DNA of 64,000 nt from the NCBI GenBank assembly GCA_002633005.1, contig NMRA01000127.1, positions 1-64,000 of the forward strand. Direction: 5' to 3'. A program made the position numbers and the translations under genes. The notes under the pieces were generated by a model that ran no database searches, was not told the origin of the DNA, and saw only the letters and a list, made by a program, of their open reading frames with translations. This document shows, piece after piece, positions 32,866-46,965 of this stretch; the stretch's first letter is position 1, and each line of letters starts with the position of its first letter. The DNA is from Phoronis australis. Its lineage: Eukaryota > Animalia > Phoronida.

Positions 32866-35513
32866 GAATGCCCACCTGAGAGACAGGAGGCCCCATTCGT
32901 TTTCCCCAGTGGACATGAAGCAGTTTTTGCTTTCGCAGATAATACGTCATAATCCGAGTATTTTTTGTACAAATATTTTCACTTCCTCCATGACTACGTG
33001 CATCTAATTGTACATTTTGCACGATCAGAGCCACCTAGTGTCGGCCTAGATGTCCGCACGAAGGCAGATAACATTACAGACGATAAAAATTTATAAAGAT
33101 TGTACAAATGACGTCACCACTTGTTGCGAAAACAACATCATCGAGTTTCTCTTTAATTTACTTATTTTAATGATCGATGACATGTTTCAAGCCCCGCCAC
33201 ATAACGACTTCTTTAATGGGAAATTCCTGTATTTTTAAGCTTAAAGCAAACCAAAGAATCTTCAAGACACCCTTTCCGATTCATTTTAGTTAAAAACTTC
33301 ATGCATGAAATGTATGTGAAAACATGATTTACTTCAGTCGAAACTTAAAGCCAAATAATGCTCACTCAACACAACTTCAAACATTTGCAATTAATGTGAA
33401 ATTTTCGGTTGAATTTTATTTGTGGTGGTGCAAAACCACCACGTAAAATTTCTGCCGTAGTGAGTCACAGCTAGCTCATGTATTATAGGCACTCACTCAA
33501 CTGGCGCCATCTGTAATGAAGTTTCCGCGGAGTCCTCGTCACTTTTTTAAAACGTTAAAACTTTGAAAAAATTAAGAGACAGTATGTATAAAAACCTGAA
33601 GATTGTCAAAAATCAGTCTATACGTCAAAATTCAAAACGAATTCAGTTTGTACATGAATAGGTATCCTAATAAAAACCTAAATGACGCATTTTATGTACT
33701 CAATGACCCTTAATTTTGCCACAGCAACGAAAGTAACTTACAAAATAGATTGGAAGTTGTGTTTTGGTGGCTGGAATAACTTATCTATACTATAAAATGT
33801 TATTAGGAATTCACTCAAATTTTACGGTTTTGTGCTAGACAGGGGAGATAATCCATGGACCACTTTTAATAGCTTATTTTAGTGGCATTTTTGTGACCCT
33901 CTTACTGCCATTTTGCACCTTGTAGTTTTATGTAACTTTTTGAACATTATACAGCTAAAGAATAAATCTTGATGCCTGACCAGAAATATCTTGCTTCAAC
34001 TTTACATTCAGTAGTGAACATTGTATTGCAAACTGTCGATTTTGGAAATGTTGAGGAATATGATAGTTTACACACAAGTTGAACGAAATTTTGAACAAGA
34101 AATCTGCTTTAAATAGTTATAAAAGTCAGCTCTGAGTTGTTTTCCGTATGTATTGCGCGGTCAGCATCAAGACTGGACCCGATGATCTTCGTCCAGTGAG
34201 ACAGTTGACACTGGGATTGAGGATATGTAAAAACGTACATGTAACCCTCTTGTTTCCTTCCATTGTCATTGATTTGACAATTGCAGGTCAACTAAATGGA
34301 AATAAACACCTTTAAAGTTCGAATTTGTAAGAATTGTTATTTGTAAAGAATTCTTTTGAGGCTATCATATTTTTAAAGACAAAATGAAGAACTAAGGCCA
34401 TTTCTGTTCGTGCATTGAGTTTTCATTAAACAAGTTCCGTTACAGAAGCTTTGTGACTTTAGTCAGTCATGCTAAAGACACTTTAGAACATCTGAGATGC
34501 TGTAAGGTACCTCATAAATCAAGGCCAGTGGCATAGTATGAGCGAGTTCGTACTAGCCAGAGTAGGTACATTTGTGACTGAGCAGGACCAATCGTGGAGT
34601 CAGAAAATCATATGCCATTTTCACCGAAGAGAATTTGGTCCCGGCTTGCACCAAAGCAGAAAGTGTCTATACCCTGAACACCCAAGACCTTCGAGAAGAA
34701 CAAGATATTGACTTCAACATTTCACGGTAGATATTGGACAGGATCAAAATTGGTACCACCCGGAACCTTCGACTTCAAGAGCCACAAGACCAAGTGTCAC
34801 TGTTGGAGTTAAATGATCCAGGTTTGCTTTCCCAGTGCTCACCATACACATGTATCATATATTTTATCGTGGTTAAACGTAGTTTGTAATTGAGGTGAAA
34901 TGACAGAAGTCACTCCAGTGGCGTAAACAAGAGCACCTCCTGCCCCCCCACCCCGTCGACACCTCACTAAGTGGCACCCCCATCCACGGTCAGTAGCTGT
35001 GTAAAAATTACAATAAGTTTTGACCGAGTTGAATTGTTTTTTGCACTGAACAGAGGGCCATAACCCCCTTAGGTGCTTCTCTTCCTATGCCAGTGGCTAT
35101 CACAACGAAGATAAAAAACACGAGTAAGACATATTCGGCTGGTAATCGGGTCCACAGTCAGCTATGCCATGGTAATTAGTAGAGCTGTCTGCTTTTTATC
35201 TAAAATACAAGCTTTTTACGTCGTTTTTGCAAGCTAGTTACACGTTTCAAGAGGCCCCCTATTGGTGGTTGAGGCAACTGAGAACAGGCAAATAGGACGA
35301 CGTGCAGTTCGTGTAATGCTTCGTGAGCAAAAAAACAGAGGGAGGCAAGATTTTTTTATTTTAGATTATGAAGAGGTTAGAGATGACTAAACAAATTATT
35401 ACAAGGTCAGCTTTTGAGAAGGTGCAATATGGCTGCTACAGAGTGCCAAAGTTGGCCAAAAGTGGCTCCAATGAAAACCTGCAAAATAGTTGCTTTTGCC
35501 ACACAAAATCAAA

Positions 35514-35767
35514 ACTGCGCGCACCCAAAATTTAATACGGGGGGGGTCAAATTCCTGATGTTGTGTACCTTTTGGTAACTAAAATCCGGGGAGACTAAAA
35601 AAAACGGGGGCACCACTGTGAATTGCACGTTTGTGCTTGTTTAGTGGACTTTTGTCTCATTTTCTCGGACTTTTAGTTTCTCAGAGGCGGACCTTTTTGC
35701 TCACTTCGCCAAATTAGGGGAGGGCTCGTTGAAGCCCCCCGAGCCCCCTTCCCTGGGTGCGCGCATG
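35514..35767. mobile_element. CATG-ended MITE, family B copy
   Basis: TGCGCGCACCC...GGGTGCGCGCATG ends. Body TTTAGTGGACTTTTGTCTC...CACTTCGCCAAA is shared with the 25543 and 57131 copies. ATCAA occurs on both flanks. Confidence 0.7.
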
Positions 35768-38471
35768 ATCAAAACATAAGACTTAAAAAATGAAGTTTGA
35801 AGGTTATGCCATTGAATTATTCGATCATATTCCTTTAGAACCGTATCACACATTTGTTATCAGATAGCTAAACATGCTAGTAAAATGCATTCAAACATGT
35901 CAACTTCAGCGCCCCATTTTGTTGCAAAATGGAGGTACATACCATAAAAAGGGAAATAATGGTTGAAAATTCTTAAAAAGCGAAATTTTTTTTCTTCTCA
36001 CCAAACCTAACTCATGTGCTAAGTCTAAAAAATCTGTTATTTTGGGTATAGGCGCTACCTGTTGGTTTTTATACAGAGTCATAATTCTTCACATAATAAG
36101 GCAAGCACAGACAGGGATAAAAGTTACGAAATGTTTACATTTTGCGATATCTTTCTATTGAAGAAACTCATCATAATAATTTGTGAATGTATAGGTTTAC
36201 GAAAGAGTGTCTTTAAATGTGTCTTTAGATTACCATTTGTGAAATTGAAAAAAAATCTGCGTTTTGTTGTCTGTTTCTCAATTTTTGGCTGGGCCTTCTT
36301 TCTAAAAGTTTGTGTAGCATAATTCCTAAGGACTTCCTGGAAAATTCCACCATCAATGCATGAGAAATCCATCTCGATGAAGGGCGAGGCGCTTAGGGTA
36401 AGGCTTGGCAAAACCGGCGAGCTGGAGTTTCCGACTGATAAAATTTACTGACTCCAGGCTTCTTTGACTATGTATCGTGTTCGCACGCTTGCCGCTGAAT
36501 TCATCCTATTGTGTTTGATTACGATCAATGTTTTTCTCAAACTTTGATGCCACAAATTTTCAGCTGTAACTGCGCCCGCGATTTCGGAACGTAGGCGTGC
36601 CGATGTAGCATTGTATTTCGACACCTGAGCTTGAATGATTCCAGACCAGGGTTCATTCTTCAACTTTGAAAATTGAGGGGCTTCTTGGTTTCTTACAAGG
36701 TATAAATTTAACGTGTAAAATTTTTAAGAAGTAAGAATGGCCCTGAAGACTTGTCAGTGGAGTAGTCTAAGCGTAGAAGGGGCGGAGGGTGTATTACCGG
36801 ATAATACTAAAGGAAAGCATCGATAGATGGCTGCGGTCAAGGAGTAGCGCATGTTCCTTGGTCCCTTATCTGCATCTAGACGCATACTCACACTGTGCGC
36901 ACTTTCACGGAGACGGAAGACACGGAAGATTATGCTCGACAACGCAAAATAACGGGAGCTAAATGCGAGTGTTTTGCGAGCACGCTCAGAACTTACTCTC
37001 CCAATCGCAAAGGGGCAGCCACTCTGATTGGTCGATGAGGTTGGTTTGTTGAATTATGGGATAGAATTCCTCGTTTCCACTTCATAAGGTCAAGGGGTCA
37101 CAAAGGAGTTCTCATTGGGGTTTGTCCAGCAGAACACACACATCAGTAGAATTGTCACTTTTTCTTCACACTGTCGAAAACCGCATGAAATGAATGATAA
37201 GCTTTAAGTCATTTGACATCAAAAGTAGCCCTACAGATGAGTACAGAAAGTTTACTCTCTCTTGTATTTTTGGCCCTTTCACTTCTAATGAAATGCAAGA
37301 TGGGCTAAGAAAAAACGGGCCAAAACAACAAAAAGGCACGTTTCACACCAAAGTCACCACTTCTCTGTCAATGCGTTATATATGGCAACATTAAAGTCTG
37401 AAAACAAAAAAAGTACAGATACCCGCCAAAAACGTGGTCCAAAAGTGCTGTCAATCAACTATGAATTAGATTTTTCCAATCCTGGCTTCCTTGAGAACTA
37501 CCTCATGAAATTTCCGCTTTCTCAATCGCTACTCAGCAATGCACGCATGCAACAAAGGGCTGCCATCTTGAAGAAAAATACAGCTACAACCGAAAGGTGG
37601 TTCTTTCTCAAATACAAAAAAAAAAACAGATTCACTGAGCTTAAATGCAAAGCCTACTTCAAAACTGCCCCCGAGACTGGCTTACCCATACATTTTAATT
37701 TTTTTGGTCGCAACTGTAGCCTAACTGTTCCGTGCCACCTAAGACGACATATTGAGTAGTTGATCACGTCGGAATCACGAACAAAAGCCTTTAGTACCGC
37801 TCTGTCCAGTTTTCGAACACTCGGCGAAGAAACTTACTGAAACATGGAGTTTCTTATGGACGAATAATTTCAACGAAGCTATGACGTTTTGCCTCGATAT
37901 ATTCACCGAAAATAATCGGAATGCCAAAATTACTAAATCTGCCATTTTCTCCCTAAAATCACGCATTCACAATTGCGACCTAGCTCGGTCCCAGTGCGTA
38001 TGCACGATTCCAACCCCCTTGAATCCAAGACTCCAGAAATTTAGGCTACAAAATACGAGTCGTTACCGACCCGATTTTGTCCAATTTCATTTGTCTGAAG
38101 GGTACCTAAATTTTCAGCAAACATTTCGGCCTGAACTGACAAGCAAGTGCCTTTTAAATGGCGGTACTTCCGGATCCGGGTAAAACAGAGTTGGAGCCAG
38201 ACATGCGGGCTCTTTTACTCAAAATAATTTCAAACAACTATGCAAGAATATTTACGCCAAAACTCCCTAATTAGTCCACATAATTGCCATCAAACGACAC
38301 CCATTCATTTCATTAATTTTGGGCTCTACAGAAGCCTGGACCGTAGATTTTTTAAATAAAAAATAATTGCAGGTGGTTGCACTGATCACCTGGAACCATT
38401 TTTATGCTTTATTAATATATGGTTAAAACCGAGCTGAGGAGCTAGAAACCTGACTCAAGGGTCTAGCAGTG

Positions 38472-38503
38472 TGGCCCGGTGGGACTCGAACCCACGACCT
38501 CGA
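38472..38503 (-). repeat. tRNA-derived fragment (T-arm/B-box), probably a SINE head relic rather than a tRNA gene
   Basis: Reverse complement reads GAGGTCGTGGGTTCGAGTCCCACCGGGCCA, a T-stem loop with GTTCGAGTC. No D-arm or anticodon arm is recognisable. Confidence 0.4.
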
Positions 38504-38649
38504 GTAAAGAAAACGGGCAACTATCACACTGCCTCCTCTTAACCGTGGATTTAGACCAATTGAAGGTTTTTGCGGCAAATGAACCGCGATTGTCTCACAT
38601 CTACCGAACGCATAGGGGCTTGATATTCATGCATAAAATCAAATACTTC

Positions 38650-39515
38650 ATGAATGGTTCGTTATAAGACGTGTACCTCATCGTGTGAATCGAAGTATTT
38701 TAGAGCACGCCTCTTGTTCGAATCGTAAACCATTATATCTGTAATGATAATTCGATGATCGCTATTTACGTTCATAGTACTGATAAGATTGTTTCGACAT
38801 TTAATAGGCGGCTATCAGTGTTATTGGAATTTGATTAAATTCCACAGTATCACAGCGCACTGAATAGAAACTTGGTAACCGTAGGCAGACAAGTGTGTTC
38901 GTCAAACTTGAATTGCTGACCGTTTGTTGAAAGACAGCAAGTGCACCTTCGGGCACGTAAGCTGCAGCGCCCATTGTTTTGTCTGTCGCGTGATGTATGG
39001 TCTACCGAGGGAAAAGAAAAACCACGACTCGGCTACTGGCTACTTCTTCGTACTACCCGAAGTGACACTTCATCACGTCAACTGTCGGTCAGCTCTCCTT
39101 TCGTTACCCCGGTGTCAAACAATGGAACGTGGACATACCAAACCACTGCACGAGAAATGGATCCAACACCTGTGTATGTTTCTAAATGCACCACACCACT
39201 GACAATCCCTATACTCATATATAATCTTCTCCGTCTTATAGTCATGCTTCTTATACACGTCGCCCATTGTTTGGTGATATGCAATTGATTATGTTATGCA
39301 TTTTTTATTTATGAAAGTATGTACGCATTTACTTATCTATTTAATCAATTCATTATTTGACTATTTTTTTGCATCGAGCGTCCTTTTCTATTTTATTTTT
39401 ATTCGTCTCATTTGTCTTCCTTGCCTTTTTTATCTGTAGTTTTGATCATGGTAGTGTTATATGAATTTATACTGTACGCTGTGTAACATCTGTGACTAAT
39501 CAATGTTAAATAAAT
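38650..39515 (+). mobile_element. Heavily decayed 3' end of a CR1/L2-group LINE
   Basis: RSILEHAS (about 38692) resembles the RT C-terminal RSILEYAS motif. LLSLPRCQT near 39090. T-rich 3' UTR ending in AATAAA near 39508. Boundaries approximate. Confidence 0.35.
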
Positions 39516-42169
39516 CACTGAAAAGGTGTGATGAAGACTTTACAATACCTGGTATATTCTCAACATTTGAAGCAAGTTCGTTCGACACAATGTTCGTCCA
39601 CTTCCGTGTGTCGTTATCGTGTACATATCGTTTCACCAACTTCTATGTACATTATAACGGCGTAGAGAAAAGGACGAATTATATCGAATGGATGGTATTT
39701 GAAACGTTGAACGCTTTTTCTGATTATTCACACGTGCTCATCCAATAGATGTCGCGAATGTTCCTTTGAGAGAGCTTGAACTGAATGTCCTTACATTGAT
39801 CATGGGTTATTTGTTTGATCACCACCAAGTGTTGGAGTTCTTTGTATGGTGACTATGTTTAACCCACAATTTTCACGCCCCTTCTTACTAACAAATATCA
39901 CGTAAATATAATTCATGTATACGTATTCAATTTCGTTTGTCAAGGACATACATCTGCAACAAAATTAATTTCAAAATTTGATGATTTTTCGGTTCAAATT
40001 TAAGAACTGCCTTAGGTTTGATATAGCTGTCCTTTGAAAGGAATGTCCGATAACACATTGAAAATGACAATTTCCCTCTTGAAACCCGCTGTGTAGCACA
40101 AATGCGTCTCCTGTTAACAAAAGGTTTACCCAGCTCTCGTTCTTGTAAGCTATGACGACATTCGAGCGTATTATCGCATTAATCGCATCGCACTACCTTT
40201 ACGCACTACGTCACAGTCGCGCATCCGAACGCGTGTTGTGACGGATGGGATGGAATTACTGGTGCTTATTTTCGGATCAATTGCTGAAGAACAAACATAT
40301 TAAATGCAATTTGTTCCAATTCCCGTTTACTGTGGAGATAACGTTATTGGTAAATGAAGGCGTCTCGTTAGCGCACAGCTGACTCAGCTGGTCGTCTCGG
40401 CGAACGGCAGGGATATGTCAATTCACTGCGGTTGATGGGGTAACGAGTAAACGAAAGGATGGAGCCTTCAAAACAAATACAATCTATCCAAACTGACTTA
40501 ATCTTTACCCGTAGTCAGGTAAGTCGGTAATTGTGTGGTTCTCCAGTTCATGTGTTATTCTGTACTTGTGCATGGATTATGCTGCAAAATGGACTTTGTG
40601 AATTACGGTTAATCAGTGCTCGCGTCTTTCGTTCTGAACACCTCATCTTAAGGTTCAGGAGAATCATAATTTTCTTAACTACACTGTTTTCAATACACCA
40701 CGTTATGATCATGCAGATATTATATGCTTTTAAATTAAGTCGAAGTGGAATAAAACGTGAGCGCCATTAGAAAATGTCTATGATTCGTAACTGCAATACC
40801 TTGATGTAAACTAATGCGTATAAAGTGCACCTCACATCATTCTGGGGCTCCGAGGTACGAAACTTAATACGAGTCACGTCGCCTTGTTTTCTTGCATCAT
40901 GTCCCCTGGCGCACTTTGTTACCAGAAACAAAGATTCACAGTAATCTATTCCTCCTTGTCCTGATTGTCATACTGGGTTTTATTTTTGAAAATGGCACAA
41001 GCGATATTTCGGTATATATGCATGTTAGACGATTTATTATCAACGATATTTGCGTAACTTGATTCGAATGGTTGTTTAACGGTATATTTCCTGCGCTATG
41101 TGGATTCAACTGAAAGTGGAATGAAATCGACATATTTCATATAATGTTTTTTTCTAAAATTACAGATACCAAAATCGGCACAGTATGAAGCAACACTGGC
41201 CTAATTTTCTTAATTTTACACATTTTCCAGGTAAGAAAAGTTTTTTTTTTAGTTTCCGTTGTTTGTTTGTAAACATCCATGCAGCAGATTAATATGTCTT
41301 AAACAGTCAAAGTGTAAACAAGTGAGTGTGAGAGAGATAATACGTTTATTAACTTTTATAACAACCAGCCGTTACCCGTGCGAAAGCACAGGTAGCCACG
41401 TAGTATATGGGAAATGCCGAGAGGAAATATCTACACCTTCAAGTGAACATTAGTTTTCTTCGCAAGAGACAGGAATATTTCTAGAAGAGACCGTTTTACT
41501 TTAAAGCTTCAGTCAGAACTTCTGTCAGATTTAGGCAGGGTGTCTGCGGTTGCGGCATTGTCTCATCCCCAGACAGTACACATTTCTTTCCAGAACATTT
41601 GACCCTGCCGTAACATAATGTACGGTAATCAGCTATTCTTTAAAGTGAAAACTAAAAGTAGTCTATTATACACAAAGTATTCATCATAAAAGTGGATACT
41701 AAGGTAAAAAGCCAGGTGTATAAATTAAGACTATAGTAAACTCACAGCATGGTAGGTGATTGTTGAGCTCCGCTGGACCACGAAATTTCACACAACCCGG
41801 ATAGCTCAGCTCGTCACCTCATCGTGACTATCAACATGAAGAGCTAATGACCGGCGGGGTGCATGCAGAATCTGGGATTCAACCGACACTCACCTTGTCC
41901 GTTAGAGCCGTTGAAGGGAAAAAATCTAATAAACGTCCCCTTTGAGAAATTCTCCGCCTTTTGTAACAAAGAAAAGTCTGTCGTCGTTTTAAAACCAGTA
42001 CGTCCATGACACGCGCACTGCTTCCACTAAAATGTTTACGACGCATCTCTCGTAACAGCAATTTTTTTCTGAATTCGGATGTGCTTGTGTTAAAATGCTA
42101 AAAACTTGTTACGGAATGAAACCAGTTCCGTTTGTTATGTCATGCACACGGTCTCGTGGAGGAGAAGAA

Positions 42170-42709
42170 CAATCAGCGAAATTGGCCAATAGGTGACGCA
42201 GTATTTCATTGCGCCGAAAGCCGACCCAAAAGAGCGCATCACAATTTCAGCAGCAGAATAACGATTGAAGGCCAATTTTTTCAACACCCGGCGGTAAATA
42301 ATTTAGTTTACTCAAGGAGTGTATTTTTAATGGCATCATTTATGTTGGCGGTGACAGACCCGGCATACGGGACGGAAGCCGGGGGGAGTGAATTTAAGCC
42401 GACGGACTGACGTCACTCAGGCCGTGGAGCCGACGGACTGACGTTACCAATGCAAGTAGTGGCCACTTAAGTTCCCTCCGCGGCCAGCCAGAAAAGATAT
42501 AACACTTCGAATCTATATAAAGGGCCGGTGCACTACCTGGGACCAAGGCATTGCCGAAATGGGGACAACGAAGGTCTGTAATGAAACGTGGGAGACGGAG
42601 TGTGTGTGAACGGTGTATTATATAATAGATAAGTGAAATGCAATTGGATATATATTTATATTTCTAACTATATAGATATCTGTAGAGAAATTGAGATCCT
42701 CAAAAGCAG
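42170..42709 (+). promoter_or_regulatory. Candidate Pol II promoter plus non-coding first exon
   Basis: GC-richer island with CCAAT (about 42186, 42447), full CRE TGACGTCA (42408-42415) in a duplicated 19-mer, TATATAAAGGG (from 42514) and a consensus donor CAG|GTAAGT after 42709. Confidence 0.45.
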
Positions 42710-43552
42710 GTAAGTCTGTTATTATTTAAAGCTGGCAAGCCGAAATTAAGCCAATGTATACTGCATTGCCACTAAATTACCTGAGAACAAATCAATGGGT
42801 TTATTGCGAATTAGTCTGTAATTCTACCTTTGAACTAAGCGCGCCTGGGAGAGGTAAAACATTTAAACCCACGAGGCAAAAGACGACTAGGTGTAATTAT
42901 CCGGTTCTTGTTTTACCACATACAAGTTGGCCGTTCGACCTACTTCGCTCAGTGCGTTGTCCCAGAGAACTTTGTGAGTCAGCTGAATCAAGTTCTAAAA
43001 TCATAACAGTAAAACTAAATAATATGCAGTGTTACTGTGTTGGCTGCATTCCCGCAGCTGACAACGGTTTACAGCTAAAAAATCTTCGCATATGAAACGG
43101 ATACAATGAATTCGATCACATACTTCCAAGTCACGACAACTTCGCGTTATGTTTGTCTCTGAGGATAGCAAGGCTAGTGAGCTTCAGAGCGTACCCGTAA
43201 AACAGCTGCGGGATTTTGCGAGATCATGTTTTTGGATTTGTAGGCACTGTGCAGTTTTCACTGAGTTTTGCTTGACAGTACATACTGGACTTACCGCCTC
43301 TCTTCCATGAAAAAGTATAAACGTACAATTTTGGGGACACGCACACTACCAACTTCCCCTGGTCCAACACTATATTCCATCTTACGAGGGCTGGTCAAAG
43401 CGAAGTTATACTGAACATTTTATGGCATTGAAGTGATTGAAGGTACCCTAACTCTGGTTCACTTTTTATGTTCTGTAGAGCTTGTTACAGTGCACCTCAA
43501 ATTCTCGGTAAAAGTCTCACCGAGCAACATTTTAAAATGTAGCATTCAAGAA

Positions 43553-44091
43553 ATGAGCTGTCTTAGCTCAAGTGTTATGCCTGGAGGGAGGCGTAGCTAT
43601 AGTGGAGGTGGAGAAGGGCCGACGCAGACGCCGGGAGAGCGGCACCACAAGCGACCATGGCGGCTTAAATTGATTACAACCGCCCGGGATGCGGTCCTCC
43701 AAGCTTCGCGCCGCTGGGATTCCAATTGATATGCTTATGAGGTAAAGAAATGCAGATACCTCTGAGTAATTGATTTATTTTGTTAAAAGTTGTGTTGGTG
43801 GCGAACTGTGTTTTCCTGGATCTAAACTTAATCTAGGCCTACATGTACATCAACAGAAGAGCGAATAAAATGCCGAGTGAATTAGAAGAGCCTGTGGCTA
43901 GCCCAATAACTCTGATGTCTCGCTGGAACAGCAAGATGTTGCGAGATGTCGCCGTGAATTTGAATAAAAGAGGGACGGCAATGGTATCATCTGACGGAGA
44001 ACAGATATCTGACCATTTTAGAGTGAAATATTTGTTGTACTCATGTGGACTGGGGTACCCCAGCCGCAACCAAAGGAAAGATAAACCCTAG
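43553..44091 (+). pseudogene. Possible decayed two-exon ZSWIM3-N/MULE-like gene fragment
   Basis: Donor GAG|GTAAAG after 43741 and acceptor TCTAG|GCC near 43837 join ...WDSN*YAYE|AYMYINRR...RWNSKMLRD...ISDHFRVKYLLYSCGLG. This loosely recalls the N-terminal domain of ZSWIM3/Mutator-like proteins. Contains an in-frame TGA. Confidence 0.25.
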
Positions 44092-46841
44092 CAACTTTTT
44101 AGACCGAATCCCTATCATTGGCTTCACAAAACCACACGCACCTTACAGCACTACGCGCACCTTACAACACCACAAGCACCTCGCAACACCACATGCACCG
44201 AGATAAGCAATTAACAGTGGGAGTGGAACCCTCATTACTCCCCACAGAACACCCACCACTCGCTGCAAGAACTCGCACTATACTTCAGGTCACTGCACAG
44301 CGGGAATTCACCTGAATCTTGCAAGACATCATGCCGGTTTGTCACGTACATGGCTGTAACCATACACAAGCCAAAGTTCCTAGAGGACGACTTTGTTCCG
44401 GTTACTGTCAGTCAAGTTTAGAAATTCTCGAGTGGTTTATTGTATAGTACGTACAGCACTGTAAAAATGTATGCATGGCAAGGGTTCGTTGTGCATCGTG
44501 AGAGTTTTGCCTTGCGCGGTTGTGCTTTGCCACCTGTGAAAAAAAATGTAAAGCCCCATGGCTGTTTGTTATTCTTAATTACTCATGTAAAACAATGGAA
44601 CGAATGAAGTTCAGTCATTCCTTCAACTGGTTCACAGTCGGCAATTTGATTTATTGGTGTTTAATGTTTGTGATTTCGACTTTATCTAGTTAAGGCTGCA
44701 TGGGTTTCTAGTGAGCCAAGATGAACGCTATTGACAGCAATGATGACAGAAATAGAGAATTCCAAGCGAGTCTCTGGTTTATGACAGGGTCAAAACCTCT
44801 TGGAAATTTCGTCAAAATCCCGAGGCTTGCCGAGGCATTTTCAGTTACTTTTTGTTAATAGTTTTATTTTAAGCTTAACAATTGTAAATTTCATTCAGCT
44901 TTCGTAGCAAATATTCAAAGTAGAATCTAATAAATAGTCTTTGAAGTTGTAATATTAAAACTTAAAAAATGTTTATAAATAACAGTCAGCAAGGCGTGAG
45001 CACTGATTGACCTTGAGATAGCACAGCTAGACCGGCAGTCTCGCCGCGGTTCTTGAGTCGAGGCTCGTCTCCGTTTGAATTGACGTGGATATGGAATTCA
45101 CCGCCGAAGATGGGTCCTTTTAAGAAGTTGTTTACATATCCTTCTGACTGGGAGTACGTACAGTTGTGACACCCGATTTGTCAATCATAACCTTGTCACG
45201 TACTCGGAATTCCGTTTGGCGCGCGTTTGGTTGTTGTTTTGTAGACGATAAAATGGAAGACGTATGGATGTCTACCTTGCACTACTTTGTGATTCGCCCA
45301 TGTAATATCAAAAAATTACGTACTCGGTGTTATAACCAGTCGTGTCCAGGTCATGTGAGAAAAAATAAGAACAAATAATAGATGCTTCTAAACAGTTCAA
45401 TGTGGCCTTACAGTTGTTTAGTGTCAAACGTAGCATACATGACGCTAGGACTGAGACGTCAGTACTTTTTATTGACAAGTGGAGGCGAAATCTGTCGTTT
45501 GTTTTTCATTATTAACTTTCCCCATTCTTACGTTTCACAGATCAAAGATAAAGACAAAATTTCACACAAAAATGCCGAAAAATCTCCCTCTGCCGCGGAT
45601 ACAAGAAAATGGGTTTCTCGGTAATGCTGTTCTTTACAGCACCTTCTATTGTTACACAATGTTACAGTTTGCTTCATCAACCGTTTTTACAAAAACGGGA
45701 AAATCTTTGCATAACGAAGTATAAATGCTTCATCTAGCCCCACAAGAAAAAAATAAATAGCCAGAGGAATGCACTGACGAAATGTTCTTCTACAGATCCG
45801 AGCCCTCTAACCATTTGCCCAAATCGGTAGCCTATGGCCGTGGAATAACATTAGCGTGCAACCGTGCACCAGCGCCGAGTGGAAAATTGAAATATTCCAT
45901 TGTTTTTTACTTGTTTTCGTTCATGTAATTGATAAGTTTCCTTCTCTGAAAAGAAGGTTATTAGGTACAACAACCGAGGATCCTATTTTGAAAGCCGCGA
46001 GGCGCACAAGAGTGTATCGACTCACTTGCCAATCTAGGCCGTAGTGCGTGAATGGTGTTCGGATAAAGGTGTACAGTGATAGTTATGCGGCCGACTTGAT
46101 ATTTAAGAGGGAGCACGTATAATGGAGGCGTCACAAGGAATTATAGTTACGTCAGCTTGATGCCGACACATCGTTAAAACCTTATTCGAACAAAAAAGGG
46201 CTTAATATTCTGTTCTAATGACTCCAACGAATCGCAAAAATCCTGTCTACTGTTGATTCACGACATGTTAATGCTCTCCGGCGACAGGCTTACATTTCAG
46301 GTATTTAATCATACCGGCAATTTTCATCCGACATTGGCTTCCTGGCTTCATTGTATTGTAGACAAGTTCCAACATTTTCCAACGCCCGCAGCGTAGATTT
46401 ATACACCTGTATCCTGTTATGGATAACGCCGTGTATTCGGTGAAAAATCGATGCTCATTCTGTGGATATTGTTTAGGTCTATTATTCGAATTGGTGAGTA
46501 GGAAAACGAAATGCCACGCATGGTGTCATTTTTAAGATTGTGTCCCTAGAACACTAAAATGAAAATGATCATAATCCTAATTTTAGAATATTTGATAACG
46601 GAATTTCAAGGTTTTAAGAGCACCTAGTTCCATGATATCGAACCTGACTCTCGAGGTTCGACTCGAACTGCGTATCGTGAGTCAGTCTTCATTTTTTCAA
46701 TTTCACGCGATTTGATTGGTCAATCTCTGACTTGAGCCTGGAATAGATTTGGTGGTTACGGGCCTTGGCCTAGTCTGAAGTCAACCGCTCAGATTTGCAC
46801 ATAACACTTATAAAGTCAGGCTACGAGCAAGGCTTCCCTTG

Positions 46842-46965
46842 CATGGGCAGCGCAGCACTGAAAAAAGTGGGTACTGGAGCTCCCCAGCCGCACTGTGGTG
46901 GGCGGCGCAGTACTGAAATAAGTGGGGATTGTAGCTCCCCAGCCCCCCACGGTGCGCCGCCCATG
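46842..46965. mobile_element. CATG-ended MITE, family A, fused dimer with 5-bp TSD
   Basis: Two head-to-tail units between CATGGGCAGCGCA and TGCGCCGCCCATG. TSD CCTTG at 46837-46841 and 46966-46970. Confidence 0.8.

Noticed and set aside
37087-37100. AGGTCA-AG-GGGTCA nuclear-receptor direct repeat upstream of the sushi gene
   Set aside because: A single short motif with no TSS evidence. It cannot be distinguished from chance.
38472-38540. tRNA gene
   Set aside because: Only a T-arm/B-box is present, with no cloverleaf. Recorded as a tRNA-derived repeat fragment.
44331-44420. THAP-like start MPVCHVHGCNHTQ
   Set aside because: The CxxxxC start is not followed by the remaining THAP residues in any frame I could trace. 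Too short to support.
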